Counted from the first letter of the stretch, positions 1 through 10,348 are shown. The stretch is 64,000 nucleotides of DNA from Candidatus Latescibacterota bacterium (GCA_965248435.1 OZ252100.1:3456001-3520000); one strand, 5' to 3'. Notes: generated by a model from the letters alone, not told the origin. Numbers and translations: made by a program.

Positions 1-11
1 TCGGAGGTTCG

Positions 12-419
12 ATGTCAAGGAGCTATGAAATTTCGCTGATTTTGGACTCACAGCTCGCGGAGGATGCAATTGACGGGGCGATTGAACGGTGTGAGGGGTT
101 TCTCACGGGTGAAGGTGCCACGGTCGTCGATGTGAACCGGATGGGCGTCCGAAAGCTGGCATACGAAGTCGGCAAACATCAGCAGGGGTTCTACACATTC
201 ATCAAGTTTGAGGCCGAACCACAGATTCTTCCGGAGTTGGAGCGACTCTGCAAGCTGGAAGAGTCCGTGCTTCGACATATGGTTCTCGTGAACGAGGGCA
301 GGTTCGAGGAGGTTCCCCCAGACACCGCGGTTGAGGCGAGCGAAGCGGTTGATACGGAGGCGGACGCACGGGAACTCCCGGTGGAGAAAGATCCAGCAGC
401 AGGAGAGACCGAAGAATGA
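12..419 (+). CDS. rpsF: 30S ribosomal protein S6
   Basis: RSYE...[10 protein letters not shown]...GFY...VLRHMV motif; first gene of the S6-S18-L9 cluster; acidic C-terminal tail. Confidence 0.97.
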   Translation: MSRSYEISLILDSQLAEDAIDGAIERCEGFLTGEGATVVDVNRMGVRKLAYEVGKHQQGFYTFIKFEAEPQILPELERLCKLEESVLRHMVLVNEGRFEEVPPDTAVEASEAVDTEADARELPVEKDPAAGETEE

Positions 420-661
420 ATGAGCGAAAAATGAGTGAGCGGAGAGTACGCGTGAAGGTCTGTCGCTTTTGCGAAGACAAAGCGCTTAAGATCGAATACA
501 AGGACGAGCGATTGCTCAGGCGATTCATCACCGAACGTGGAAAGATCATTCCGAGGCGAATGTCCGGCACCTGTGCACGACATCAGCGTCTGGTGACGCG
601 TGCGATCAAGCGGGCCCGCCAGGTCGCGCTCCTGCCGTTCGCCTCCGAAGCCGTCAGGTAG
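416..661 (+). CDS. rpsR: 30S ribosomal protein S18 (Zn-binding type)
   Basis: CRFC...IEYKD...[25 protein letters not shown]; start may be ATG 431. Confidence 0.98.
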   Translation: MNERKMSERRVRVKVCRFCEDKALKIEYKDERLLRRFITERGKIIPRRMSGTCARHQRLVTRAIKRARQVALLPFASEAVR

Positions 662-672
662 GGAGTCCGCGG

Positions 673-1116
673 ATGAAAGTGATTCTTACAGAGGATCTAG
701 ATGGACTCGGAGAGTCCGGAAATACCGTCGAAGTCAAGGACGGCTACGCAAGGAACTACCTGCTGCCTCAAAAGCTGGCCCTGGTGGCGAGCAAGGGCAA
801 CACGGCAGTCTATGGAGAGATGCGGCGTCAGAAGCAGGCCCAGCGGACACGGGTGAAGCGGGCGGCAGAGAGCCTCGCCAAGCAGGTGGAAAAGGCCTCT
901 TGTACGGTCCCAGTCGCGGTGGGAGAAGAGGACCGGATATACGGCTCGGTAACGGCGCAGCAGATTGCGGATCTTTTGAAGGAGCAGGGGCTTGAGATCG
1001 ACCGCCGGTCGATTCGGCTCGAGGAACCGATAAAGGCGCTCGGCGTTTATGACGTTCCCATCCAGCTCCATTCGGAGGTTGAGGCGAAGGTCAAGGTGTG
1101 GGTGGTTCAGGAGTAA
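673..1116 (+). CDS. rplI: 50S ribosomal protein L9
   Basis: MKVILTED...LG..G..VEVKDGYARNYLLP; IYGSVT; PIKALG. Confidence 0.98.
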   Translation: MKVILTEDLDGLGESGNTVEVKDGYARNYLLPQKLALVASKGNTAVYGEMRRQKQAQRTRVKRAAESLAKQVEKASCTVPVAVGEEDRIYGSVTAQQIADLLKEQGLEIDRRSIRLEEPIKALGVYDVPIQLHSEVEAKVKVWVVQE

Positions 1117-1159
1117 GGTCTGAAAATTCGGTACGGATCCTGCGAAGGTGTTAAACGAG

Positions 1160-1194
1160 GCGAGGGGCGACATCTGCCCCTCGCTATCCTTTTG
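1160..1194 (+). terminator. probable intrinsic terminator after rplI
   Basis: GCGAGGGGC/GCCCCTCGC stem followed by TATCCTTTTG. Confidence 0.55.
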
Positions 1195-1250
1195 TAAGGT
1201 TACCTATCCTTCCGGTCGATTGCGATGACGTGATGGCAATTCGCTTACGG

Positions 1251-1511
1251 CTATTTTCTCCGCTTGAATATGGAGACCACGACCTCGGCGCCTGAACGAT
1301 AAGAAGATGCCAACTCCCAGCCTTCCACGCCTATCTTCTTGATCTTCTTGAGATCGCTGCCGCCCTTCTTGAGATTCGGGCTGTGGGCGAGGATTCGGTA
1401 CTCCCATCTCGGGGTCTTAGACTTGAATTCTCCTGCAGCATAGTTAGTTACAGCAAAAGATCCGAACAGGAATGCCGAGACGACCAGGACCACCCAGACT
1501 CTTGATCGCAC
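1251..1511 (-). CDS. small exported DUF4177-like protein
   Basis: N-terminal hydrophobic segment; WEYR...G.EGWEL...IFKR pattern. Confidence 0.65.
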   Translation of the reverse strand: MRSRVWVVLVVSAFLFGSFAVTNYAAGEFKSKTPRWEYRILAHSPNLKKGGSDLKKIKKIGVEGWELASSYRSGAEVVVSIFKRRK

Positions 1512-1561
1512 AGTAATGCTCCTTTCATGTTGTTATGAATCTAATCGGCCGACCCTGCACG

Positions 1562-2518
1562 TTAAACGTCGCGGGCGCACCGAAATCCGATGTTGCCGGT
1601 GGAGCTTTCGGGCGTATTGGCGCTCCGAGCGGCCACCCGGTAGCGGTTGCAATAGGAATCGTGACAGAGGTAGGAACCGCCCCGCATGACCTTGGCGCCA
1701 CCAGACTCAGGCCCGCTGGGGTTTTCTCGCGGCCCCTCGAGATGAAAGTCGGAGCTGAACCAATCGTCGCACCATTCCCATACATTGCCGGACACATTGT
1801 AAAGGCCGAAGCCGTTAGGCTGAAATGAGCGGGCCGGCGCCGTGCCCTGGTATCCGTCTTCTTTCGAGTTGTGGTCGGGGAAGCTTCCCTGCCAGATGTT
1901 GCACGCGTGCCCGCCGTTCGGGACGAGTTCGTCTCCCCACGGATAGGTCTTACCCTCGAGTCCTCCCCTGGCGGCGTACTCCCACTCCGCTTCGGTAGGC
2001 AGCCTCTTCCCGCGCCATTCGCAGTAGGCGGCGGCGTCGTTCCAGGAGATGTGGACGACGGGGTGATCTGTGCGGTTCCTTACGGTCGATCCGGTGCCCT
2101 CTGGGCGGTTCCAGCAGGCACCCTCCACCGGCCACCACCACGGCGTATCCAGGACCGCACGGGTTACCCTCGAAGCCGCTTTGGAGGGGACGAAGCTGTG
2201 GAAAACGAAGGACCACCCGAACTGCTCGGCCTCCGTCTTGTAGCGTGTGGCCTTTGCGAACTTTTCGAATTCCGCGTTGGTGACCGCCGTCGTCTCCAGG
2301 TGGAAAGGGCCGATCCGGACGCTCCTTTGGGGTCCTTCACCGTCATCCGGGAAACCGACTTCGTCATCCGTCCCCATCAGAAACGGTCCCCCTGGTAGAA
2401 GCACCATTCCTTTTGTTCTGGCTTTCCGGCTCCGAGAACGAGCGCGCGACGTTCTTGTCCGTTTGGAAGGCGGAGTGGGCCTTTGGGCAGCGCAACAGGG
2501 GGACTCGGTGACCGACAC
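1562..2518 (-). CDS. formylglycine-generating enzyme (sulfatase maturase)
   Basis: FLMGTD, RLPTEAEWEYAARGG, RGGSYLCHDSYC (catalytic Cys pair), GFRC; GTG 2518 after AGGAG chosen as start. Confidence 0.92.
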   Translation of the reverse strand: MSVTESPCCAAQRPTPPSKRTRTSRARSRSRKARTKGMVLLPGGPFLMGTDDEVGFPDDGEGPQRSVRIGPFHLETTAVTNAEFEKFAKATRYKTEAEQFGWSFVFHSFVPSKAASRVTRAVLDTPWWWPVEGACWNRPEGTGSTVRNRTDHPVVHISWNDAAAYCEWRGKRLPTEAEWEYAARGGLEGKTYPWGDELVPNGGHACNIWQGSFPDHNSKEDGYQGTAPARSFQPNGFGLYNVSGNVWEWCDDWFSSDFHLEGPRENPSGPESGGAKVMRGGSYLCHDSYCNRYRVAARSANTPESSTGNIGFRCARDV

Positions 2519-2792
2519 GGTGTTGCTCCTTTTCTCGGCGAAAGTTCTCAGCGCTGAGATCGAATGATAAGACGTCGCTGTTCGGGTGTCAAGCCGATCG
2601 ATATCGAGTGTAAACACGCACCCGCAACGAGGAAGAAATGATGGAGAGGGGGTGGCGAATCTCTGTTCGTCACAATTTCAGAAGGGGCGACAGGTGGGGG
2701 TTGCCTATATTATAGGTAAAAGGTTCAGGAGTTCGGGCTGTGATACGGAGGGGCAGGGGCGCTGCCGGATTTCAAGATTCAAGGAGTGAGGC

Positions 2793-3218
2793 GTGGTTAG
2801 AGTGTTCCTGGCTGGGTTTGTTTTGTCGCTGATTCTGGTAGAGGATATTTCTGCGGTAAACGATTCACGGCCTCGAGGTCTTCTGGATTCAGCCGGGGGA
2901 ACCGCGGTTTCAGAACGCTTCCGACTAGGCCAGGGATCGCTGGGACAGCCGTTCGAAACGACGAGCCGTTTCTCGGAACAGTATTCTGTTCTGACAGGAT
3001 TCCTGCACCTCCGTCCAGAAACGGCAGCGATTCTAAAAGGTGACTTCAACGGAGACCGGGCCGTGGATTTCCTGGACTTCGTGGCCTTCGCGATGGGGTT
3101 CGGGAGGTCCAGGGGCGAGGCTGAATTCGATCAACGTCTGGACCTGGATCGCGACGATGAGGTAGGGTTCGGGGATTTTCTGATCTTCGTGATCGCGTTC
3201 GGGACTCCCGCCCCGTAG
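2793..3218 (+). CDS. small secreted dockerin/EF-hand domain protein
   Basis: signal peptide; duplicated Ca-loop helix GDFNGDRAVDFLDFVAFA..FG / DLDRDDEVGFGDFLIFV..FG. Confidence 0.75.
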   Translation: MVRVFLAGFVLSLILVEDISAVNDSRPRGLLDSAGGTAVSERFRLGQGSLGQPFETTSRFSEQYSVLTGFLHLRPETAAILKGDFNGDRAVDFLDFVAFAMGFGRSRGEAEFDQRLDLDRDDEVGFGDFLIFVIAFGTPAP

Positions 3219-3222
3219 TGCA

Positions 3223-4179
3223 TTACTCGTAGTAGATCCTGATGAGCACAAAGCCTGTCCTGATCATGCCGGTCCCCCCCTGTACCCTACGTTCGACGGA
3301 GAGACGGTACTTTGCCGCTCCGAGGGAGAGGTAGCCGAAGTTGGTGACGCTGGAGAACCTGAGGTCGAAGCTGCCAACGAACGGGATCCCTGAGAGGTTA
3401 CCGATATCCACGATGAGCGGTCCTTTCGGATCCCTGGGTTCGACAGAGAGCCGCGTCTGAAAGCCCCCGCTCACCGAGACGGACCCACTGAACTGGATGT
3501 CCAGGATCGCGTTTCGATCCAGTGTAAAAAAGACGTCGAGCGGCGCTATCGGCACCCACCTGCTGTCGGGCGGGATGAGCAGTGAATCCTGGACATTTCT
3601 GATAATGATCGAATCGGGCACGAGGCCTCGGGCGGGCACGGGCGGACCGGTCCAATTGCCGGTTCTATCGATGAGGCCAACGCCGCCCACGATCAGGCTG
3701 TCTATCGTCAGGGTTCCGGATGTATCCAGGCGGGCCTTGCCGCCGCTAAGCGTTACGCTGCTCGGAGAGATGGGCCTGCCCGAGACGTCCTCGGCCTGAG
3801 CGGCGTGGAGGGCGTATGCGACGCTCAGGATCCGCTGCCTCGGGAGGAGTTCGGCGTCGTCTTCTACGGCCAGAGAAAGGTAGCGCTCCCCTCCGGAAAA
3901 AATGTCATCCGGGATCGGTGAAACGCTTCCCATGAGGACGTTGAATTGCCCTTCGGATACTTCGACGGTCTGCGATTCGGACCACAGCGGAGATCCACCC
4001 GTCTCGATCCCATAGATGGAAAAGTGAATCTGGATGCTTCCTTCGAGGAGCGAATCTGCCGCCGTTTGGAGAAGCCCCTGATAATTGATCAGTCTGGGCA
4101 CGTCCGACTGGGCAGACTGAGGGTAGAGAAACAGGGTAACGAACGGGAGAAACGTAAGGTAGAAGGCGCGTCGAGACAT
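3223..4179 (-). CDS. secreted protein with INYQG-type N-terminal domain (fibre/adhesin-like)
   Basis: signal peptide from ATG 4179; VPRLINYQG...LWSE...G.FNVL.G...PRQRILSVAYA motif, which I recognise from FCB-group surface fibre-like proteins. Confidence 0.6.
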   Translation of the reverse strand: MSRRAFYLTFLPFVTLFLYPQSAQSDVPRLINYQGLLQTAADSLLEGSIQIHFSIYGIETGGSPLWSESQTVEVSEGQFNVLMGSVSPIPDDIFSGGERYLSLAVEDDAELLPRQRILSVAYALHAAQAEDVSGRPISPSSVTLSGGKARLDTSGTLTIDSLIVGGVGLIDRTGNWTGPPVPARGLVPDSIIIRNVQDSLLIPPDSRWVPIAPLDVFFTLDRNAILDIQFSGSVSVSGGFQTRLSVEPRDPKGPLIVDIGNLSGIPFVGSFDLRFSSVTNFGYLSLGAAKYRLSVERRVQGGTGMIRTGFVLIRIYYE

Positions 4180-4429
4180 GGAGGCGGGCAAGGATTGGAG
4201 AATTGTCCATCGAGTGGGCATCCGGTCTGTCCTGCGGCAAAAGTTAACGAGGCAGTTCTCCGAGGGCAAGCGAATAAGATCGTTAGGGTCCCAAATCCCC
4301 TTTTTAGCTTGATTTTTCTACAGGTGTGGGTCTATATTTGGCATCCACGCTCGTGTGTCCCCAAAGGGCGAAGTCTTTGTTATCAGTAGAGAAGCGTTCC
4401 CCTGGTCCAAAAGGGAGGAAGGTCCGTCC

Positions 4430-5059
4430 ATGAGGATAGAAATGGAGGTGGTCGGGGTGGCTCCGGAGCCGAACAGCAACCGTCCGCTCGTTTGGCTGCG
4501 GGATAAAGACCAGCGGGTGTTTCTACCGATCGCCATCGGGAATTTCGAGGCGACCGCGATCTACATGGAGCTTTACAAAGAGCCTCCGCCCAGGCCGATT
4601 ACCTACGATCTGATGCGGTCCGTCCTGGACGGGTTAGGGGTGAACGTTGTCAGCGTGGTCATCAACGCACTCCGGGAAGATACATTCTATGCAGAAATCA
4701 CCCTGGCGCTTGGGGAGAAGCGGTTGGGGATCGATTCCCGCCCGAGCGATGCGATCGCGCTGGCGCTTCGAACGGGAGCGTCTATCTACGCCGATGAAAC
4801 GGTCATTCACGAAGCTGGGTTACCGCTGGAGCGGGAAGTGGAGCTCAATTCCGACCTGGAGGGGATCGATGAGGTGTTGAAGTCTCTCGAAGACGGGGAT
4901 GGGTCACACGGGGTAGAAGGGACCGGGGATATCGTGGAGCCCAAAGTTGTGACGCTGAAGGCGAGGCTGCAGGAGGCAGTGGATCGAGAGGAATATGAAG
5001 AGGCGGCGCGGATTCGGGACGAGATTGGGCGGCTCGAACACGAAGACCGCCTGGGATAG
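4430..5059 (+). CDS. bifunctional nuclease family (DUF151) protein with C-terminal UVR domain
   Basis: LPIAIG.FEA, PRPITYDL, IDSRPSDAIALA; EAVDREEYEEAARIRDEI. Confidence 0.93.
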   Translation: MRIEMEVVGVAPEPNSNRPLVWLRDKDQRVFLPIAIGNFEATAIYMELYKEPPPRPITYDLMRSVLDGLGVNVVSVVINALREDTFYAEITLALGEKRLGIDSRPSDAIALALRTGASIYADETVIHEAGLPLEREVELNSDLEGIDEVLKSLEDGDGSHGVEGTGDIVEPKVVTLKARLQEAVDREEYEEAARIRDEIGRLEHEDRLG

Positions 5060-5214
5060 GTGAAGGGTGAGTGTCCTATGTTGTAGTCAACCGATCCTTG
5101 ACCTCTATAACTTGTAGATTTCTGGATTCGTAGGATCTTATTTTTGTAGTGTTGCACTCTTCCGAGCCCCTTTTCAAGGCGAAAAATAGGCCAAACTATT
5201 AGGGTAAAAAAAGC

Positions 5215-5243
5215 TTGACAGAGGGTTTTGCTATGCGTATACT
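5215..5243 (+). promoter_or_regulatory. sigma70-type promoter of the large surface-protein operon
   Basis: TTGACA (5215-5220), 17 nt, TATACT (5238-5243); A-tract upstream. Confidence 0.75.
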
Positions 5244-5616
5244 TAGGCCACCCTCTTGGAAAAATCAAGGGGATATCCGCGTGCACTTAATGAAGAAAAT
5301 CAATTTTGACAGTCGTTCAAAAATAGAGATTGAGACTTAGTTTTTGCTGGAGGTGTTGCTCGACACTTGTTATATGTTTGAAATCACTCCTACAGATGGC
5401 ATTCGTTGAACATCCGTGCTGATATTCTGAACGCGTTTCAAATTCATCATTCTGAACGAAGAAGGGGGGGATTGACATAAATGCAGTAACGATGGCTCTC
5501 CTCAATGGAGCTTCGTGGACTCACCCCAGGTATATCGGGCTCGGTTTTCTCGCAACGAGGAGAGTTTCCATTTTCTGTGTTGAAGATGTTTTGGATTTGG
5601 TTTGAAATTTCGATAT

Positions 5617-5680
5617 GTAGTATATATCCGAAGTAGTATAGATCCGAAGTAGTATAGATCCGAAAGTAGTATAGATCCGA
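5617..5680. repeat. tandem repeat, 4 copies of a 16-bp unit GTAGTATAGATCCGAA
   Basis: copies begin at 5617, 5633, 5649, 5666; the array ends about 10 nt before the AGGAGG SD. Confidence 0.95.
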
Positions 5681-5702
5681 GAACTCTATAAGGAGGTTTA
5701 GG

Positions 5703-8700
5703 ATGGATCTGAAGAGAATAGTAATTTTCTGCGCGACGATTTTGCTTTTTGCAGGTTTCGCCATAGACGGCTTTGCACAGACGTATGCCGATCCGAGGGG
5801 TGTACGGATTCGCGTCGATCGGATTGATCACGGTGCCTGGGCTGCGATTGGAGACTCCATCGAGGTGAAGGTGATCGCGCGCGGTATCGCGCTGGAAAAC
5901 GTGGTCGTGACGCTTGTGGCGCCAGTGGATACCATTACCCTTGACGTTGGTGTAAGCGAGTTGGACAGCATGCTCACCCTTGTGGGGGGGGGCAACTCAG
6001 TGTTTGCAATTGAGTATTCGGCCAGCCTGAATGTGGGTGCCACGGGCGAATTGCAAACGGAGTCCAAGGATGTCACCACCGACGGCATCGAGACCACGTT
6101 CAGCTTCCGTTTCGGTGTGGGTGCCGGAGATCCAGAGTCCGGTAATTCGCAGTCTTTGATGGCGCAGGCCTATGTCAATAAAGCCGGGGAAAATTTCAAA
6201 TCTCTGAACAATCAGATGACGGAGGAGCAGGAGAGCGAAATTTTTTCCGACAAGGTTGGTGACGGCGTCCTGTTCGGGATCGATGGGCAACGCCCGGTAA
6301 ACACCGCCATCTTCGACAGCGTCGTTGTCGACCGGTCCGCGCTGAGAGGCTTGGGAAAGATGGAGTTCCCAACGGACGCCGAAATGATCGGTGAACCCGC
6401 CGCCGCAGTGATGGTCGGAACGAGCCATAACACCATTTATTCGGCGGGGCATGGGGATGAAGTCGCCATCAAGGTGCATACGCAGAACATTCTGAGCTCG
6501 GGCGCGGTAGCGGGCGAGGTTCATATCTACGACGCGGACCTAGTGCGCCAGGCGGATCCGGACAGTGCTTTCTACTCGACAACGTTCGACAGCCGGGAGC
6601 TCCTCTTTGGCGTGCGCAGGACGTTCAAGGTTGCGGACGGCAAGAGCGGGAATCAGAAAAAGGCGTTCGGGAACAGGCAAAGGGTGAGGCTGGCCGCCTT
6701 TCTCGTGGACGCCGCCGGAAACCGGAGTGCGGCCATGGCAAATTCTTCTGTGCCGATGCCGTACTACGGCGGGGAAGCTTTGAACTACAACGGTCAAACA
6801 GATGGTGACCAGTTGGTCTACATCATCGACTCGGAGAAGCCGACGGTGACGCCCACGAGGCCGAAGGCGGGCACGATCAGTATCGATTCGCTTCGGTTCA
6901 CCCCGCAAGCCGTGTTCCTCGTCGGACTTCGCGGCATTGATGATGATCATAACAGCGCTCTGCCTCTTGTGCCGTATCCTCTGATGCCGATGGTATTCAA
7001 GGTGTCCGAGGTACTCCAATCGGCTGCGGTGACCCTGGGCGACACCACCGTGACGGTCGCTACAGCAGACCTTGGGGGCTTGCTTTCTGAAGATGCGTTT
7101 GAGATACACCCCGGGGTGATTCTCGAAGACGACCAGAAACCGGGCGGGAATACGCTTGACGTGAGTATCGTGGTCCAGGATGAGGTCGGGAACGAGACGA
7201 CGGAGACGATCAAGGGCGCTATCTTTGACGTGGTGCGGCCTGAATTTGTCGAGGTCTTCCCATCCTCGGGCACGGTGCCTGAGGATGAGGAAAACAGCGA
7301 CAAGCCGACGATCAACCCCGACACGTATCAGCCGACGGTGCGGCTCAAGGAGGCGTTGGACTCTCTCGAGGTGCGCTACGTTCAGATCGGCGGGCTGCAC
7401 ACTTTGACCTATGGCGTTCCCAGTGGGAGCTCGCTGCTGTCAAACGTCGACAAAGAGTACACGCTCACGTTTGCCGCGAAGGACACGCTGCTCGATGGCA
7501 AGGAGTACACCCTGCAGCTCGTGGCGTTCGACCTTGCCGGGAACGTCGCCGCGACCGAGCCGGATGTGCTCACCTTTACGAAGGGCTTCGCGAACCCGAT
7601 GGCGGACTCTTTCGTGGTGTCCGCCGCCGGGGATTCCGTGATCACAGGCGGGGACTTGGCCCTGGAAGTGACCGCGATCGACAGCACACTCACGCGTGAG
7701 GCGGGCGCCTTGCGAAGGGCGGTGACCTACGAGACCGCAGGCGTGCGGGTCAGGGTGATGAATGCGGACGACGTCAGCGGAATATCGTTTGGAGGCGCCG
7801 GGGTCACGGATAACGGGGACGGCACGGCCACGCTGGATGGTCCAGAGTGGAGCGCCGGCCGGCGCGAGGTCATCGTGAAGTCCACAGTCGAGTTGAGTGA
7901 TTTCTCCGTGGGCGTGGAAGAGGTAAACGCCGAGGACGGCACCGTGAACTTGAGAGGCGACCAGCACGATCTCACCGTCGATGCCGGGGCGTTTACGACC
8001 TACAAGGTGACGGCCTTGGTGGATGGGGTCGAGACCACCCGGGTGTCGGGAGACTTCACGGTGCGGGTGATCCCGACCGATGAGTATGGTAACAAGAGCA
8101 CAAAGATAAACAGCGACCGCCTGCTGGATTCGAGGCTCGAAGATGGAGACGCGTTGGAGGAAATCTTGTTCAGCTTCAGTGCGAATATAGGGGGTGTGGG
8201 TGTTCCACAAGGCCGACTGTCCGTCGGGCCTGACGGCGGCGAATTCGTCGTACAAGCGCCCGACCGTCAGGGCACGGGCTTGGTAATTTCGGTATTTTCG
8301 ATCGGGGATGACAGGAAGCAGACCGGTTCATCGAAATCTCTGAGCTTCGACTTCGGTGTGCCTCCAGATCTCGTTGGCGCGCCCGAGCCGGTGAGTAGCG
8401 TGATGGTACAGGACTACCTGGGTGCCGATGGACAGGGTGATCAGGGCGCGTTCATGCTGATCACCTTCCCGAACTCGGCGAGCCACTCCGGCGCAACCTA
8501 CCGGGTCTACAGGGAGATTACGGTCGACATAGACCGGGCCGAGGACGGGGGCTTGGAGACCATCAATCCGACCAACGCCTGGATCGCCTGGACGAAGATC
8601 GATGCGGTCCCGGTGCCTGACGGCGGGTCGGCGATCACTCGCGCGGTCGTGCCGGCATTAGACAACGTCGCGACCTTTTGGGCCATCGGTGTCGAGAAGG

Positions 8701-10334
8701 GCGGCGCCACCTCGGCGCAGACCGTGGCCGCGAAGCGCGTGTTCACGAAAGAGAGCGTGCAGCAGATGGTCCGGCTGCTCGGCGTAGACCCGAACCGGGT
8801 CATCTCGCAGGCCGACCTGGAGAAGCTCATCACGCCGCCGGAGGACTATGTGAAGTCCATTCTGGGCGACCTGAGGGGCGTGGTCTTCGCCGGACTGGAT
8901 CCTGATCTGGGTCGCGCGCTGAAGCGGATCTCGGTGCCGCAGACGATTCGGACGTCGTCGGGTGGAGAGGTTCTCTCGTCGAAGTTGACGATATCCGAAC
9001 ACGCTGTGGCCGCTGTGGATAACATCGCGCCGGCTGAGGTGAGTGGCGCCAACGGATCGGTGACCGAGGAAGGCAATGTGAACCTGTTCTGGACAGCCTC
9101 TGCGGACGACAAGCCGGTCGGCTCCATCACCTATCGCGGGTACCACATCCCGATCGACGGCGTGAAGGAGTACGAGATCCTGCGCGGCACCGAGGAAGGT
9201 GACTTGGCGGCCGTGGCGACCGTAGAGAAGGGTTCAGAGAGCTACATGGACACCGACCTGCCAGATGGCGTGTCTTCGCTGGTCTACCGGGTCGACGCAC
9301 TCGACCTGGACAACCGGACGGAGGGCCAGTCCTTCCAGGTCGGGGTGATTGAGGTCTTTGGCACCGATCCTGTGACTGGCGAACCGATTCGAGTCTATGC
9401 GATGGAGACCAGCAACAACGAGGTCGGATTCGAAGACTTCCTCATCTTCGCGGGAGCCTTCGGGAAGCAGCCGGGTGAGCGAGGATACAACATCAATGGC
9501 GACACGAACGGCGACGGCCTTATTAACTTGTTTGACTTCATCAATTTCGTCCAAACGTTCGGCCTCACCTTCGACCTGCCTGCGACGAAGCGGGTTATCC
9601 TGGCCGCGACGCCCATACCGGGCGTGAACGACAACACCGAGATGTCCCTCAGTCTGGGCGGCGAGCGGGTGCTGGCCGGCCAGACGATCTCGCTGGACAT
9701 CTCGATGTCCAACGTCCAGGCCCTCACGGTCTTCGGGCTCGCCTTGAACTACGATCCGGATCGGTTCGAGTTCGTGGAGGCGGCCCCGGCGGATGAGGAC
9801 CTGCTGAAATCGACGGGTGGGGACACGCCGCTGTTCCTGAGTAAGGCGCGTCCCGGTGAGCTGAAGATCGCGAACGCCGTAATCAACGGGAGCGCGGTGA
9901 GCGGTGAAGGGTCGATCCTGAAGATGACCTTCAAGGTCCTGAGGGAGTTCGAGGACCAAGCGAGGTTCGAGATCACCGAAGGCATCGTGTTCGATCCAGA
10001 GTCGCATTCGAACCCTGTAGTGACGCTGGGTGCGCTGCAGGTCGAGAGCACCCCCACCGAGTTCACGCTGCTCCAGAACTACCCGAACCCGTTCAACCCG
10101 GAAACCACGATCAAGTACAACCTGGCGGAGGCCGGTGACGTACACCTGCGGATCTACAACATCGTAGGTCAGGTGGTGCGGACGCTGGTGGCCGAGCGGC
10201 AGCCGGCAGGTCGTTACCAGGTGCGGTGGGCCGGTACGGACGACAGAGGGTTGGCCGTATCGAGTGGAATCTACTTCTACCAGATTACGGCCGGTAAGTT
10301 CCAGGACGTCAAGCGGTTGATGTTGCTCAAGTAA
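5703..10334 (+). CDS. large secreted multidomain surface protein (Ig-like repeats, Fn3, dockerin, cohesin, FlgD-Ig/T9SS-type CTD)
   Basis: signal peptide; repeated D.AGN Ig-strand motifs; DTNGDGLINLFDF dockerin loop; cohesin-like ISLDISMSNVQAL..FGLALNYDP; LLQNYPNPFNPETTIKY...KRLMLLK C-terminus. Confidence 0.85.
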   Translation: MDLKRIVIFCATILLFAGFAIDGFAQTYADPRGVRIRVDRIDHGAWAAIGDSIEVKVIARGIALENVVVTLVAPVDTITLDVGVSELDSMLTLVGGGNSVFAIEYSASLNVGATGELQTESKDVTTDGIETTFSFRFGVGAGDPESGNSQSLMAQAYVNKAGENFKSLNNQMTEEQESEIFSDKVGDGVLFGIDGQRPVNTAIFDSVVVDRSALRGLGKMEFPTDAEMIGEPAAAVMVGTSHNTIYSAGHGDEVAIKVHTQNILSSGAVAGEVHIYDADLVRQADPDSAFYSTTFDSRELLFGVRRTFKVADGKSGNQKKAFGNRQRVRLAAFLVDAAGNRSAAMANSSVPMPYYGGEALNYNGQTDGDQLVYIIDSEKPTVTPTRPKAGTISIDSLRFTPQAVFLVGLRGIDDDHNSALPLVPYPLMPMVFKVSEVLQSAAVTLGDTTVTVATADLGGLLSEDAFEIHPGVILEDDQKPGGNTLDVSIVVQDEVGNETTETIKGAIFDVVRPEFVEVFPSSGTVPEDEENSDKPTINPDTYQPTVRLKEALDSLEVRYVQIGGLHTLTYGVPSGSSLLSNVDKEYTLTFAAKDTLLDGKEYTLQLVAFDLAGNVAATEPDVLTFTKGFANPMADSFVVSAAGDSVITGGDLALEVTAIDSTLTREAGALRRAVTYETAGVRVRVMNADDVSGISFGGAGVTDNGDGTATLDGPEWSAGRREVIVKSTVELSDFSVGVEEVNAEDGTVNLRGDQHDLTVDAGAFTTYKVTALVDGVETTRVSGDFTVRVIPTDEYGNKSTKINSDRLLDSRLEDGDALEEILFSFSANIGGVGVPQGRLSVGPDGGEFVVQAPDRQGTGLVISVFSIGDDRKQTGSSKSLSFDFGVPPDLVGAPEPVSSVMVQDYLGADGQGDQGAFMLITFPNSASHSGATYRVYREITVDIDRAEDGGLETINPTNAWIAWTKIDAVPVPDGGSAITRAVVPALDNVATFWAIGVEKGGATSAQTVAAKRVFTKESVQQMVRLLGVDPNRVISQADLEKLITPPEDYVKSILGDLRGVVFAGLDPDLGRALKRISVPQTIRTSSGGEVLSSKLTISEHAVAAVDNIAPAEVSGANGSVTEEGNVNLFWTASADDKPVGSITYRGYHIPIDGVKEYEILRGTEEGDLAAVATVEKGSESYMDTDLPDGVSSLVYRVDALDLDNRTEGQSFQVGVIEVFGTDPVTGEPIRVYAMETSNNEVGFEDFLIFAGAFGKQPGERGYNINGDTNGDGLINLFDFINFVQTFGLTFDLPATKRVILAATPIPGVNDNTEMSLSLGGERVLAGQTISLDISMSNVQALTVFGLALNYDPDRFEFVEAAPADEDLLKSTGGDTPLFLSKARPGELKIANAVINGSAVSGEGSILKMTFKVLREFEDQARFEITEGIVFDPESHSNPVVTLGALQVESTPTEFTLLQNYPNPFNPETTIKYNLAEAGDVHLRIYNIVGQVVRTLVAERQPAGRYQVRWAGTDDRGLAVSSGIYFYQITAGKFQDVKRLMLLK

Positions 10335-10348
10335 ATCCGCTGCAAGGT

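Noticed and set aside
5617-5680. CRISPR array
   Set aside because: Units are contiguous 16-mers with no spacers, and no cas genes are in the window
5447-5831. Minus-strand ORFs with repeated SDLYYF peptides
   Set aside because: They are translations of the tandem repeat, antisense to the leader and start of the large gene
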